IMG/VR virus record: IMGVR_UViG_3300031732_000044
Span: 1-50,921 of that record
Source: a virus
Taxonomy: Duplodnaviria; Caudoviricetes
Direction: 5' to 3' (one strand)
Length of the DNA stretch: 50,921 nucleotides
The notes below the pieces were generated by a model. The model searched no databases. It was given only the letters and a program-made list of their open reading frames with translations, and was not told the origin of the DNA. Both the position numbers and the translations under genes were made by a program. This document shows, in pieces, positions 17,673 to 26,133 of this stretch. Each line of letters begins with the position of its first letter. Positions within the stretch are counted from its first letter, which is position 1.

Positions 17673-18083
17673 TTAGAGAAGAGCGTTTTGGTCCTTGTAC
17701 TCCTCAAGACCTGCATCTGATAAAGCGAGTTCTTGAAGATCACCTGTACCAAGTTCGGTTTCTGTTATCTCTGCACCATTCCACCCAAGGCGATAGACTG
17801 TCCCCTGCCCAAAGGCGTCGTTGCAGGCGTAGACGGTCAGCACAGGAGGGCTCTTCAGCCGATCAAGGGCGAGATCCACGTCGATGGGCCTGCCGCTGTA
17901 ATCGGGGTGGTTGGCAAGCGTGTTGGCTGCCTTATGCGTGATCGTGCTTCCGCCGTCGGCGCTGAGCGACTGGCCGGTCGAGAAGGTGCCTGAGCCGTCC
18001 AGCGGGTCCCACTCGGCGGCATAGTTGTCCACATCTTCGACGACGCTTACGCTTACAATCATGTAGAGGCGGGCGCGGGACAT
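17673..18083 (-). CDS. Hypothetical protein
   Basis: 136 aa; its C-terminus is conserved in a local paralogous remnant. Confidence 0.75.
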   Translation of the reverse strand: MSRARLYMIVSVSVVEDVDNYAAEWDPLDGSGTFSTGQSLSADGGSTITHKAANTLANHPDYSGRPIDVDLALDRLKSPPVLTVYACNDAFGQGTVYRLGWNGAEITETELGTGDLQELALSDAGLEEYKDQNALL

Positions 18084-18104
18084 AGGGCTAATCGAATAAC
18101 GCCA

Positions 18105-19007
18105 TTATATTGAATAATAGTCTGTGTAAATCTTTTCTATCTCTGACACCTGGGCGTCGGACAGATGCGTCTCAAGAGAAACCCAAAGCGGAATGCCTCC
18201 GTCCCATATATCATTATCAGTAAAACTACTCCACTGATTTCCAAGCATGAGATGATCTAAGTCTCGAATTGTGCCGTCGTACGATATACTCTCTACCTGA
18301 GACCCATTTTGACGTTGCGTTGCGGTAGACGATCCGTCCGCACGCTGAACCGTGTGAAATGGGGTATTTGCAGATAAGGCAGGTCCGTTACTGTCAGAAA
18401 AAGTTATTTTTGTGCCATCTTCTTGATAAAGCCACGCCCAAAGATCTTCACTGTTTTGACTTACAAACTGTTGCCAATCGCGACCTGAGGATTGGTATCC
18501 CCACAAGCCCGGATTAGGCTGGTGAGAAAGGCTGTCATACTCAGCGACGCAGAAGAACGTCCTCGCGTCCGCCGTGGACGAAAAACTGACGTACATCCAG
18601 TCATCGGACCCGTCGAAGTCGGCTGTCCATCGCCCCCCGATGCCGTTCTTATCCAGCGTCGGCTGCTCGGCGGTTGTGGTTTGAATGGCGTCGTTTTCGT
18701 TTCCGCTGGCGTCAAAAATCGTCGGAATCGCCCCGCTATTGTTATCAACGGCGGAGCCGCTCCCGAAAAAGACCAGATCCGACAAGCCCACGCCGGAGAA
18801 ATTCTTGATGGCCTGCAAAATCGGGTCGAAGAGGTTCTCTAGGGAGCTGCCCTCAATGATGCCATTTTCGCTCTTCACCCGGTCGCGGAAGGCTTGCGTT
18901 CGACCGAGCAGACCCGAACCCCCATTCTCAACCCCAAGTGGGTCGGTCAGCTTGGCCACCATCGGCCCCGCGCTGATGCCGTCGCTAAGTGGCTCTGTCA
19001 GGCCCAT
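18105..19007 (-). CDS. LamG/concanavalin-like beta-sandwich protein, possibly virion-associated
   Basis: DASGNENDAIQTTTAEQPTL...FDGSDDW...LMLG...WDGGI...LSDAQVSEIEK. Confidence 0.7.
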   Translation of the reverse strand: MGLTEPLSDGISAGPMVAKLTDPLGVENGGSGLLGRTQAFRDRVKSENGIIEGSSLENLFDPILQAIKNFSGVGLSDLVFFGSGSAVDNNSGAIPTIFDASGNENDAIQTTTAEQPTLDKNGIGGRWTADFDGSDDWMYVSFSSTADARTFFCVAEYDSLSHQPNPGLWGYQSSGRDWQQFVSQNSEDLWAWLYQEDGTKITFSDSNGPALSANTPFHTVQRADGSSTATQRQNGSQVESISYDGTIRDLDHLMLGNQWSSFTDNDIWDGGIPLWVSLETHLSDAQVSEIEKIYTDYYSI

Positions 19008-19050
19008 GTCTCTAGCTCAGTAGTGAAAGCGGATTGATCGTACCGAGGCC

Positions 19051-19590
19051 TCACCAGCTGATCGTGAAAGGCCGGAGCTCAATGCCGAAGGTAGGCCCCC
19101 GAGCTTCAGCCGCCTGCATGTACCCGGCGCTCACTGTCACCTGTCGCCACCGCAGGTTCGCTAGCGCGCTTGCCTGAAGCCCTGTCGGCGTCGAGGCAGC
19201 GCGGACCGAGGGCCACAGGTGCCACGTGTCGCTCGGAATCTCGTATCGGTTTTGTGTCCACCGCTGCGCGCCGGTGTCGTAGTAGGTCAGTGTCACCTCA
19301 TCGCCAATGTTGATCGGTGAGGGCGGGATCACGCCTTGGATGCTCATGTTCGTGGGCACCGCCACGCGAACGGTATCCACTTGGCGCACCGTGTCATAGC
19401 GGACGACCGTGCGGGGCACCGTCTCCGTCACGGTGTCGCGCCGCACAAGCGTGCGCTCTTTCATGATGGTGTCGGTGCGGACTGTCTGCCCCGGCTCCGC
19501 CCGCCACTGCCCAATCTTGTCGCCGAGGACCAGCAGCCCGGCCCCTACGATCAGCGCAGCCCATAGGCGAACGTCGAGCAGAGCGCTCAT
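19051..19590 (-). CDS. Membrane-anchored lysis-cassette protein (spanin-like candidate)
   Basis: N-terminal TM from ATG 19590, repeated RxDT(V) segments, C-terminal beta strands ending in W. Confidence 0.6.
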   Translation of the reverse strand: MSALLDVRLWAALIVGAGLLVLGDKIGQWRAEPGQTVRTDTIMKERTLVRRDTVTETVPRTVVRYDTVRQVDTVRVAVPTNMSIQGVIPPSPINIGDEVTLTYYDTGAQRWTQNRYEIPSDTWHLWPSVRAASTPTGLQASALANLRWRQVTVSAGYMQAAEARGPTFGIELRPFTISW

Positions 19591-19592
19591 AG

Positions 19593-20414
19593 CTACTGTG
19601 TCTGAAGGATGAGCCCAAACGCGAGTCGTCGTAGCCTCTGATCGCGCCACTGGGGAGGATGCGACCAGCCGAAGCTTCCACGCAGCCAAAGAAGGCCGGT
19701 GACATGTCTCTCGACTCGCACCGTACCACTGGGGGCGCGGTGGCGTAGGCCCTGCACATTGATTCCTGCGCGCCAGCAGCCCCATTTATACCCTGCCCGC
19801 GCCCGCAGCCCGGGCCACGGGAGCGTGAGACCCTTCCAGCGGACGAGTGGGCCGCGCAGCACGAGACGAAGCCCGCGGTGCTCAACCCTCACATATGGCC
19901 GGATGCCGCCCCAGTAGCCGAGTGAGGGATAGATTGGGTTTCGGTCCCAGTCCGGGGCGTCTCCCGAGCGGCCGACCTCCCAGGAGCTTGGAAAGTGATC
20001 GTGACGCGGCTTCCTGGATTTATGGCGCCACACGTGATGCACGCTCCGCCGGTCGTACTCGGCGCCCACCTCGACGAATCGCCACCGGACGCCTAGCGAT
20101 GCGCCCTGCCGACGCGAGTACACCTTGCCGGTCTCTGCGTTGAGGAGCGCGTGCTTAATGATGGCGTCGCTTGCCCCCCACCGCTTAAGCCCCAGTTTGG
20201 CTCTCGCCACAACCGGGCCCCACTCGGCCATGAGGTCGGCGCGAGCGCTCATTGCATGTTGGTACGAGTGGCTATCAGACGCCCACGCCATCACGCCGCC
20301 CTCGCCTTCTGCCTCGACGGACTGTCCCTGCGCACAGTCCACCATGAGCCAGGCCAAAAGCGCGGCGACCGCGATGGATACGCCCCAGCGATAAGCAGAC
20401 CCGACGTCATCCAT
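19593..20414 (-). CDS. Exported protein, possible outer-membrane beta-barrel
   Basis: Signal-like N-terminus, alternating amphipathic strands, W/R-rich. Confidence 0.55.
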   Translation of the reverse strand: MDDVGSAYRWGVSIAVAALLAWLMVDCAQGQSVEAEGEGGVMAWASDSHSYQHAMSARADLMAEWGPVVARAKLGLKRWGASDAIIKHALLNAETGKVYSRRQGASLGVRWRFVEVGAEYDRRSVHHVWRHKSRKPRHDHFPSSWEVGRSGDAPDWDRNPIYPSLGYWGGIRPYVRVEHRGLRLVLRGPLVRWKGLTLPWPGLRARAGYKWGCWRAGINVQGLRHRAPSGTVRVERHVTGLLWLRGSFGWSHPPQWRDQRLRRLAFGLILQTQ

Positions 20415-20643
20415 ACCTCTCGTCGTAGTCGTTGGAGTACCAGATGGCGAGGGCCAAGGCGTAGGCGAACACCACGAACGCGACTAACCCCACGCCGATT
20501 GAGGCAACCAGCCCATCAACGAGCTTGCTCGTAAAGAAAGCCCAAACTCCACACCAGGCGAGCAGACCGATAGAGTTAATCCATCCGCTCGGTGTAATCT
20601 TGCTGGGGTTCAGATGGTCGAGGATTGTGCTTGGTCGTGTCAT
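20407..20643 (-). CDS. Small two-TM membrane protein (holin candidate)
   Basis: Two hydrophobic helices within the lysis cassette. Confidence 0.55.
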   Translation of the reverse strand: MTRPSTILDHLNPSKITPSGWINSIGLLAWCGVWAFFTSKLVDGLVASIGVGLVAFVVFAYALALAIWYSNDYDERYG

Positions 20644-20647
20644 GGGA

Positions 20648-20675
20648 ATCAGTTATTGATGATCAGTTATTGATG
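20648..20675. repeat. Perfect 14-bp tandem duplication ATCAGTTATTGATG x2
   Basis: 20648-20661 and 20662-20675 are identical. Confidence 0.9.
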
Positions 20676-20921
20676 AGAAGTCTGCTGAGAGCCTTCAGAA
20701 AGAAGCGCGAGCGAACACATCGCTGCGGCCACGCCGGCGGTCCCGCCCCACACCAGCGCCATCGGCACGCCCCACACCTCCCCTCCGGGCCCGCATAGGT
20801 CCAGCGGGAGGCCCACGAGGAGCGCCGCAATCGCTCCAAAACTGATGTCCCCGGAGAGGCCGGATTTGCGGACAGCCTTCAGGGCATTGATGACTTGGAA
20901 GGTCGTGGTTTCTTTGGTCAT
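20667..20921 (-). CDS. Small two-TM membrane protein (holin candidate)
   Basis: Two hydrophobic segments; ATGA overlap with the upstream gene. Confidence 0.55.
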   Translation of the reverse strand: MTKETTTFQVINALKAVRKSGLSGDISFGAIAALLVGLPLDLCGPGGEVWGVPMALVWGGTAGVAAAMCSLALLSEGSQQTSHQ

Positions 20922-21211
20922 TCTGAATCGCTGATGTCGCCCGTGCTGATGCCTTCGCTTTGCAAAAGTAGGTCAATTTTCGCGTTCATTCGAATCACCC
21001 GCTCCCGGAGGTCTTGCGCCGCTTGCCTGCGGGTCTCGCTTCTGGTTCGAAGCCGTGTGATGTCTTTTTCTGCCCGTTTGACCCGCGTCTGAATCGATGA
21101 AATTTGAACCCGCGTCGTCACGTAGGACGCGCCGATGCCAACGATAATCGCGACAATGACTGGCGCGACGACGTTGCCCCAAGAGAGATCCTTCACAGAC
21201 ACAGTACCCAT
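20918..21211 (-). CDS. Single-TM plus coiled-coil protein (holin or lysis accessory)
   Basis: VVAPVIVAIIVGIGASYV followed by a coiled coil; next to the endolysin. Confidence 0.65.
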   Translation of the reverse strand: MGTVSVKDLSWGNVVAPVIVAIIVGIGASYVTTRVQISSIQTRVKRAEKDITRLRTRSETRRQAAQDLRERVIRMNAKIDLLLQSEGISTGDISDSE

Positions 21212-21224
21212 GGCTCATTCACAG

Positions 21225-21725
21225 TTATCGAACAGGAGCGGCCTCCGAGTCCGCCGAGAGCACGCCGATGTCCACGCCGGCCGCGTCGGCCAAGCCAGCT
21301 GGCTCCGGCGTGTCGGCCCAACCAATGTTCAGCTCCACCCCCTCCCCATCGATTTTTTGCAGCAGCACCCTCAGCGTCTGTCGCGAGCTCGTAACGTCGG
21401 TCAGAGAGTCCTCGTCAAGATCCGTAAACTGCGCGCCGACCAAGATGCACCCAAGCGTATCTGAGATATAGTTGCCGGCGTGGATCAGGATCTCGCTTCG
21501 GCCGCGCACGCCCGGCAGCCATAAGCACTCCCCGTAGCGCGGGCTCTCGTGGCGCTTTGCCTTGTAGGCGATCGCCTCTTTGCCTGGCCCCGGCGGGATG
21601 CAGCTACGGTGGTTCTTGTTGTCGGCCCAGGGGAGCTCAAGCGTGCAGCACGCCCAGCCGCTCGGCTCGTGGCGGAGCACGCCTAGCGTCTGCTGTGGAG
21701 CCGCGACGCGAGTGTGGGTGAGCAT
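21225..21725 (-). CDS. DUF5675-type (L,D-transpeptidase-like) putative endolysin
   Basis: TLELPW..N....SCIPPG...GRSEILIHAGNYISDTLGCILVG; ATG 21725 preferred. Confidence 0.85.
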   Translation of the reverse strand: MLTHTRVAAPQQTLGVLRHEPSGWACCTLELPWADNKNHRSCIPPGPGKEAIAYKAKRHESPRYGECLWLPGVRGRSEILIHAGNYISDTLGCILVGAQFTDLDEDSLTDVTSSRQTLRVLLQKIDGEGVELNIGWADTPEPAGLADAAGVDIGVLSADSEAAPVR

Positions 21726-21741
21726 GGCCGCACTGGGTATC

Positions 21742-21802
21742 AAAACAGAAAAGGGCGGCCCTCCATAACGGCGCGTATAACGCCATTATGGAAGACCGCC
21801 CT
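21742..21802 (-). terminator. Very strong intrinsic terminator (22-bp stem) at the head of the late operon
   Basis: AGGGCGGTCTTCCATAATGGCG-TTATACG-CGCCGTTATGGAGGGCCGCCCT followed by TTTCTGTTTT; G-U pairs valid on the minus strand. Confidence 0.85.
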
Positions 21803-21826
21803 CGTCAAGAGCAGGTCGCTAAAATG

Positions 21827-22021
21827 TCAGTTGCGGTCCGCGCGCTGATACCGGGCGGTGCCCGGATACACGCGGACATGGTCCCCATCGTCACCAGCGC
21901 GCGTCACCACCAGCAGCGCGCCCGGCTCGTCAAGCCGAGCGTAGGCTGGAAGCGCGTCGATGACCTTTTGGATCAGGTCCTCAGGGACCTCGTCGAGTCG
22001 GTCTGGAATGTTGATCTCCAT
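21827..22021 (-). CDS. Small hypothetical protein
   Basis: MEINIPDRLDEVPEDLIQKVIDALP..., 64 aa. Confidence 0.55.
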   Translation of the reverse strand: MEINIPDRLDEVPEDLIQKVIDALPAYARLDEPGALLVVTRAGDDGDHVRVYPGTARYQRADRN

Positions 22022-22122
22022 GCTAGGCAAAGATGCCCAGCGCCCGTGAGCATTTTCTATACCGGAGTGAAGTGGACGTGATCCGAGGCATGCACGCAGC
22101 AGGGTATGACAGAGGATGCAAG

Positions 22123-22779
22123 CTATTCCCATGCCTGGCTATAGTTCTCATCCTCGAAGAGCTCGGGGAGGCTCGCGTTCTGCTTAAAACGAAGCACTTC
22201 GTCGGGCTCCATCCCTAGCTCCTCAGCGATGTCCTCGTCTGCCCAGCCGCGCTTTACGAGCTCGGCGACCAGCTCGGTCATCGGCCCTACGCCGTGCACG
22301 CCACGCGCCCGGTTGTGTCGGATCGTTGCCGCCATGCGGTTTTTCCGGTCGGACTGCTCCTCTTTGATTTCTGTGACCGGGAGGTACCCATGCATCCGCT
22401 CTCGAATGTATTTCCAGCGGTGGGGCACCTTGCTGCGATGCTCTCCGTCCACTACCTCAAAAGTCTGCTCTTCCCCTTCCCACACGACCACGGGTTGGGT
22501 ATACCCGTCCGCGTCGATCGACTTCTTCAGAAGGCGCATCTCTGGGGGGGCTACCTCGTTCGGGTTGTAGTCGTTGCCCTCCACCGCACCCAGGGGCACC
22601 CAGAGCACGCAGTCGACTGGCTCGCTGCGAAAAGGCGACTCTGCGTGCAGCGCCTTTCGCGCTTCGTTGAGGGCCTCGACCTTCTGGGGCATCGGCAGGG
22701 CACCGATCCGATCAGCCAGCGCCTCAGCCTCCTTCCGGATCGCTTGCACCTCTTCGTCGAAAAGCTCCTGGTCGTCCAT
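22123..22779 (-). CDS. ibrB: IbrB/YbdM-like ParB-domain protein
   Basis: NDYNPNEVAPPEMRLLKKSIDADGYTQPVV...VVDGEHR...RMAATIRHNRARGVH...LGMEPDEVLR; ATG 22779 preferred. Confidence 0.9.
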   Translation of the reverse strand: MDDQELFDEEVQAIRKEAEALADRIGALPMPQKVEALNEARKALHAESPFRSEPVDCVLWVPLGAVEGNDYNPNEVAPPEMRLLKKSIDADGYTQPVVVWEGEEQTFEVVDGEHRSKVPHRWKYIRERMHGYLPVTEIKEEQSDRKNRMAATIRHNRARGVHGVGPMTELVAELVKRGWADEDIAEELGMEPDEVLRFKQNASLPELFEDENYSQAWE

Positions 22780-22783
22780 GGGC

Positions 22784-23197
22784 TTACTGGTCGTGTCGTT
22801 CGAGTATTGTGTACTGGCCTCGCGTCCGGGCCTTCTCAAAACCGCGGTCCTGGTAGCGCCCAATGCCATCGTCGGTGACGGTCACTCGAAAATCCGTCTC
22901 TCCAGCTTCCGTCAGGTCCCCAAGACGGCGGTCCACGAGCTGCTCGTGGATGCCCTCCCCACGCCACTCTGGCTCGATCCAGGCGTGGCGGAGAATGTTC
23001 GTCCCGTTTTTGAGCCGTTCGGCGGCCGCGAAGCCGACGAGGTTTCCGTTGTCGAAGCCGAGCCACCAGGTGTGCGACTCGTCGGAGGTGAGCGACACCC
23101 CGAGCTCTCGCTCGACGTCGCGCGAGGCAAAGTAGGGGCCAAGCCGCTCCCAGAAGTCGTCTTCGCCGTGGGCGTAGCGCTCAATTCGTATGCTCAT
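22784..23197 (-). CDS. GNAT-family acetyltransferase
   Basis: LVGFAA...HAWIEPEWRGEGIHEQLV (acetyl-CoA motif A)...YQDRGF. Confidence 0.85.
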   Translation of the reverse strand: MSIRIERYAHGEDDFWERLGPYFASRDVERELGVSLTSDESHTWWLGFDNGNLVGFAAAERLKNGTNILRHAWIEPEWRGEGIHEQLVDRRLGDLTEAGETDFRVTVTDDGIGRYQDRGFEKARTRGQYTILERHDQ

Positions 23198-24591
23198 AGA
23201 TCTGCGTACTTCTCTTTGATGGGATGAGACGCGTCGAGGTAGCCTTTGGCCTCCTGAAAGTCGAGCTCAACGGCTTCAATACCGTCTTCTTCGTACAGAC
23301 GGTACTGCTCTCGAAGGTACTTATAGATCGGCTCGACGCTCTTTCGGACGCTCACCGGCTTTCCGTTCATGACGGGTTCATAGACGTCGCCCCACACGTC
23401 TTTTACGGCCGAGATGGAAAGCGTCTTGCAGTTGAAATCGTTCTTGAGGATGGCCTTCGCCATGCGGCGCCAGGAGGGAAGATTCCGCCGATCAGACTTT
23501 TTCAGGGGCGGCCGCTCGTCCTGGTGAATGTTCAGGTCCTCGTATCCGTTGCGCATCCACCACTCCAGGAAGACGCCGAAGTTCGACAGGTAGCGCTCTC
23601 GCATCACGTCCGGCAGGGTCGAAAGCAGAAAGAAGGTGTAGCTACGCCACGTGTGCTCCTCGGGGAGCTCAAGGCTGCGGTAGCCCATGAGGTGGGACTG
23701 GGCGTACTTGCTGCCGTAGTTGACGCCGGTCACGCGATCGAGGACGGCGCCCCACGTCTCCGGCTCCACTTTCTGCCAGAGCTCGAGTCCCTTTCGCTGG
23801 TCGTCGCCGTAAGGCTGGCAGATCCGCATCTCCGTGGTTGGCACGCTGGCCAGGTGCATCTTGTCGTAGAGCTCGTTGTAGGGCAGGTTATTTTCACCGA
23901 TGAATTTCCAGACGTCCGAGAAGCCCCAGTCGTAGATCGGAAAGAAACTCACGATATTGGGATGCCGCGTCCTGTGATCAACGCTCGACCAGGGAAGAGC
24001 CTGCCCGTCGAGCTCGACGGCCGACTTCTTTGCCTTGTCCGCCACCGAGGCGTAGCGGCGAAGGCTCTCGTCCGCCCGGTTGCCGACGAGGGATGCCCAC
24101 GTAATGTCGTCGTCGTGCTGCTCTTCAACCTTCCAGCGCGGCCACTCGACGATGAACGTCTCAAACTCCATGCGGTGGCTGAAAAACGGAAATGCGCCAG
24201 AGTCGCTTACCACACACTCCCGCTCAGGTAGCTCTCGAAACCACTCGCTCTCCTTCTCTGGATTCCAAGAGCACCAGTGAGGCTGAAATTGCGAAACGCC
24301 GTTGCGGAGGTTGAGCGGGAGACACACCCAGTGCCAGCGCGTTCCATCCATGTCGGCCAGCGTGTGGACGTGCTCGATGGTCATCCGGTACTGAACCTCA
24401 AGGTCGATAAAGAGCACGTCGACGACGCGGCCGCGGCGAAGCGCCTCCTCGCGGGCCAGGTGCAAGAGGACCGTCGAGTCCTTTCCTCCAGAGCAGGAGA
24501 CGCACACGCGGTCGAAGTGGTCGAACACGAGGGAAATCCGCTCGCGGGCGGCCTCCAGAACTGACTTTTCAAGATAGGTCTTACTGGCCAT
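23194..24591 (-). CDS. ibrA: IbrA/YbdN-like PAPS-reductase (PP-loop) protein with DUF3440-like C-terminus
   Basis: SCSGGKDSTVLL, WVCLP, GNRADESLRR, PIYDW, MRICQPYGDDQRKGL, PSWRRMAKAILKND. Confidence 0.92.
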   Translation of the reverse strand: MASKTYLEKSVLEAARERISLVFDHFDRVCVSCSGGKDSTVLLHLAREEALRRGRVVDVLFIDLEVQYRMTIEHVHTLADMDGTRWHWVCLPLNLRNGVSQFQPHWCSWNPEKESEWFRELPERECVVSDSGAFPFFSHRMEFETFIVEWPRWKVEEQHDDDITWASLVGNRADESLRRYASVADKAKKSAVELDGQALPWSSVDHRTRHPNIVSFFPIYDWGFSDVWKFIGENNLPYNELYDKMHLASVPTTEMRICQPYGDDQRKGLELWQKVEPETWGAVLDRVTGVNYGSKYAQSHLMGYRSLELPEEHTWRSYTFFLLSTLPDVMRERYLSNFGVFLEWWMRNGYEDLNIHQDERPPLKKSDRRNLPSWRRMAKAILKNDFNCKTLSISAVKDVWGDVYEPVMNGKPVSVRKSVEPIYKYLREQYRLYEEDGIEAVELDFQEAKGYLDASHPIKEKYADL

Positions 24592-24594
24592 CGG

Positions 24595-26133
24595 CTACAG
24601 CGACTGCGTGAGATCATTGAATGCATCTCCGTCTTCTTCCTTTACCTCTTCGACCTCCTGTTGGAAGGCAGTGAGCACGTCTTCCTTGTCTTCCAGCGCC
24701 TCCATGATCCGCTCATCGATCGTATCCGAGCACACGATGTCGATGTACGTTGGCCGCTTGTCTTGGCCGAGGCGGTGCATGCGGTCCTCCGCCTGCAGGC
24801 GCGTGGCGTAGTTGAAGCTGTTGTTGTAGAAGACGGCGTAGCGGGCTTGCTCCAGGTTGAGCCCGTGCGCTCCCGTCGCCGGCGTGGCCACCAGAAAACG
24901 AGGGCCCTCTTCCGCCTTCCATCGGTCGATGGCCTCGCTGCGCTCCTCTTCGCCTTTTTCGCCGTGCAGCGTCTCGAAGGAACTCGGCCCATATCGGCTC
25001 CCCAAACGCGACACGATCTGCCGGATGCAGTAGTGGTAGCGGGCCCAAATGATGACGCGAGCGCCCGCGCTGCGCTCGTCGACGTCCTCTAGCGCGCGCT
25101 GCAGGGCCCGGAGGCGATTGTGTTTTGCGCGCAAATGCTCCCGCGGAAAATCTTGCAGGTCGCGGGGCCACTCGATCCACCGGATGTGCTCTTCCTCTTC
25201 GCCCCAGTAAGTGATGATGTCATCGGTCGGCACGCGGCGATTCCAGAAGCCATTCGTGACCTGCTGCAGCGCAGTAAACAGGCGGAAAAGGTCATGGCTG
25301 TTGATCGTAAGCGGGTCGAGGTATTCCAGAAGCTCCCGTTTCGCCTGCTTGTAAAGGGCGTCCTGCTCCGACGTCATGCTGCAGTAACGCTTCTCGTAGA
25401 TTTTGTCTGGAAGATCGAGAGCCTCCCCCTTCGTCACCTGGAAGACGTATGGCCGCATTTTGGCGGCAAGCACGTCCTCCCGATGCGTCTCGACGATGAG
25501 ACCGGGGTAGTCCGGGTGGTACTCCAGGTGCTCGTTCGCGAAGCTGTAGAAGGAGCGGTAGCCCAAAATCTTCGGGCTGAGGAACTTCATCTGTGCAAAA
25601 AGGTCCTCGACGCCGTTCGAGATGGGCGTGCCGGTTAGAATCAGGCGGTACTGGGCGCGCTTGCCGACGTGGATCAGGCGCTGGGTGCGAAGGGCGCGGT
25701 GATTTTTGATGTAGCCTGACTCGTCGACGATGAGGAACGTGTTCTCACTTACGAGCTCGTTCAGAGCGAAGGTCTGCCGGTCCGACTGGCTGATCGATTC
25801 AATGCCGACTAAGTGCCAGTCGGCTTCCGGAAGCGTGTCGGACCGCGTGCTCCTGCCGAACACGTGTACGTCTGGACGGGCGAGGTGCTTCTGCAGCTCG
25901 CGGCGCCAGGTCTCCTTGAGCGAAACGGGACAGCACACAACCACGTGGTCAACCTGCTCCCAGCGCAGGGCCGCCAGCTCGATCGAGGTGCGCGTCTTTC
26001 CGGTGCCCATATCCATGAAAAGGGCACCGACGCGCGTCTGTCGAAGCTTCTCGACGGCCGCTTGCTGGTAGGCGTACAGGTCGGTCGTGCGCTCTAAAGC
26101 AACGCTCGGTATGGCGTGCGTGTCAACGGTCAT
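24595..26133 (-). CDS. SNF2-family helicase/ATPase
   Basis: MDMGTGKT, IVDES, LTGTP, GLNL, QAEDRMHRLGQ; ATG 26133 preferred. Confidence 0.93.
   Translation of the reverse strand: MTVDTHAIPSVALERTTDLYAYQQAAVEKLRQTRVGALFMDMGTGKTRTSIELAALRWEQVDHVVVCCPVSLKETWRRELQKHLARPDVHVFGRSTRSDTLPEADWHLVGIESISQSDRQTFALNELVSENTFLIVDESGYIKNHRALRTQRLIHVGKRAQYRLILTGTPISNGVEDLFAQMKFLSPKILGYRSFYSFANEHLEYHPDYPGLIVETHREDVLAAKMRPYVFQVTKGEALDLPDKIYEKRYCSMTSEQDALYKQAKRELLEYLDPLTINSHDLFRLFTALQQVTNGFWNRRVPTDDIITYWGEEEEHIRWIEWPRDLQDFPREHLRAKHNRLRALQRALEDVDERSAGARVIIWARYHYCIRQIVSRLGSRYGPSSFETLHGEKGEEERSEAIDRWKAEEGPRFLVATPATGAHGLNLEQARYAVFYNNSFNYATRLQAEDRMHRLGQDKRPTYIDIVCSDTIDERIMEALEDKEDVLTAFQQEVEEVKEEDGDAFNDLTQSL

Noticed and set aside
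17366-17804. Diversity-generating retroelement TR/VR pair
   Set aside because: Differences are not adenine-specific and no reverse transcriptase is in the window
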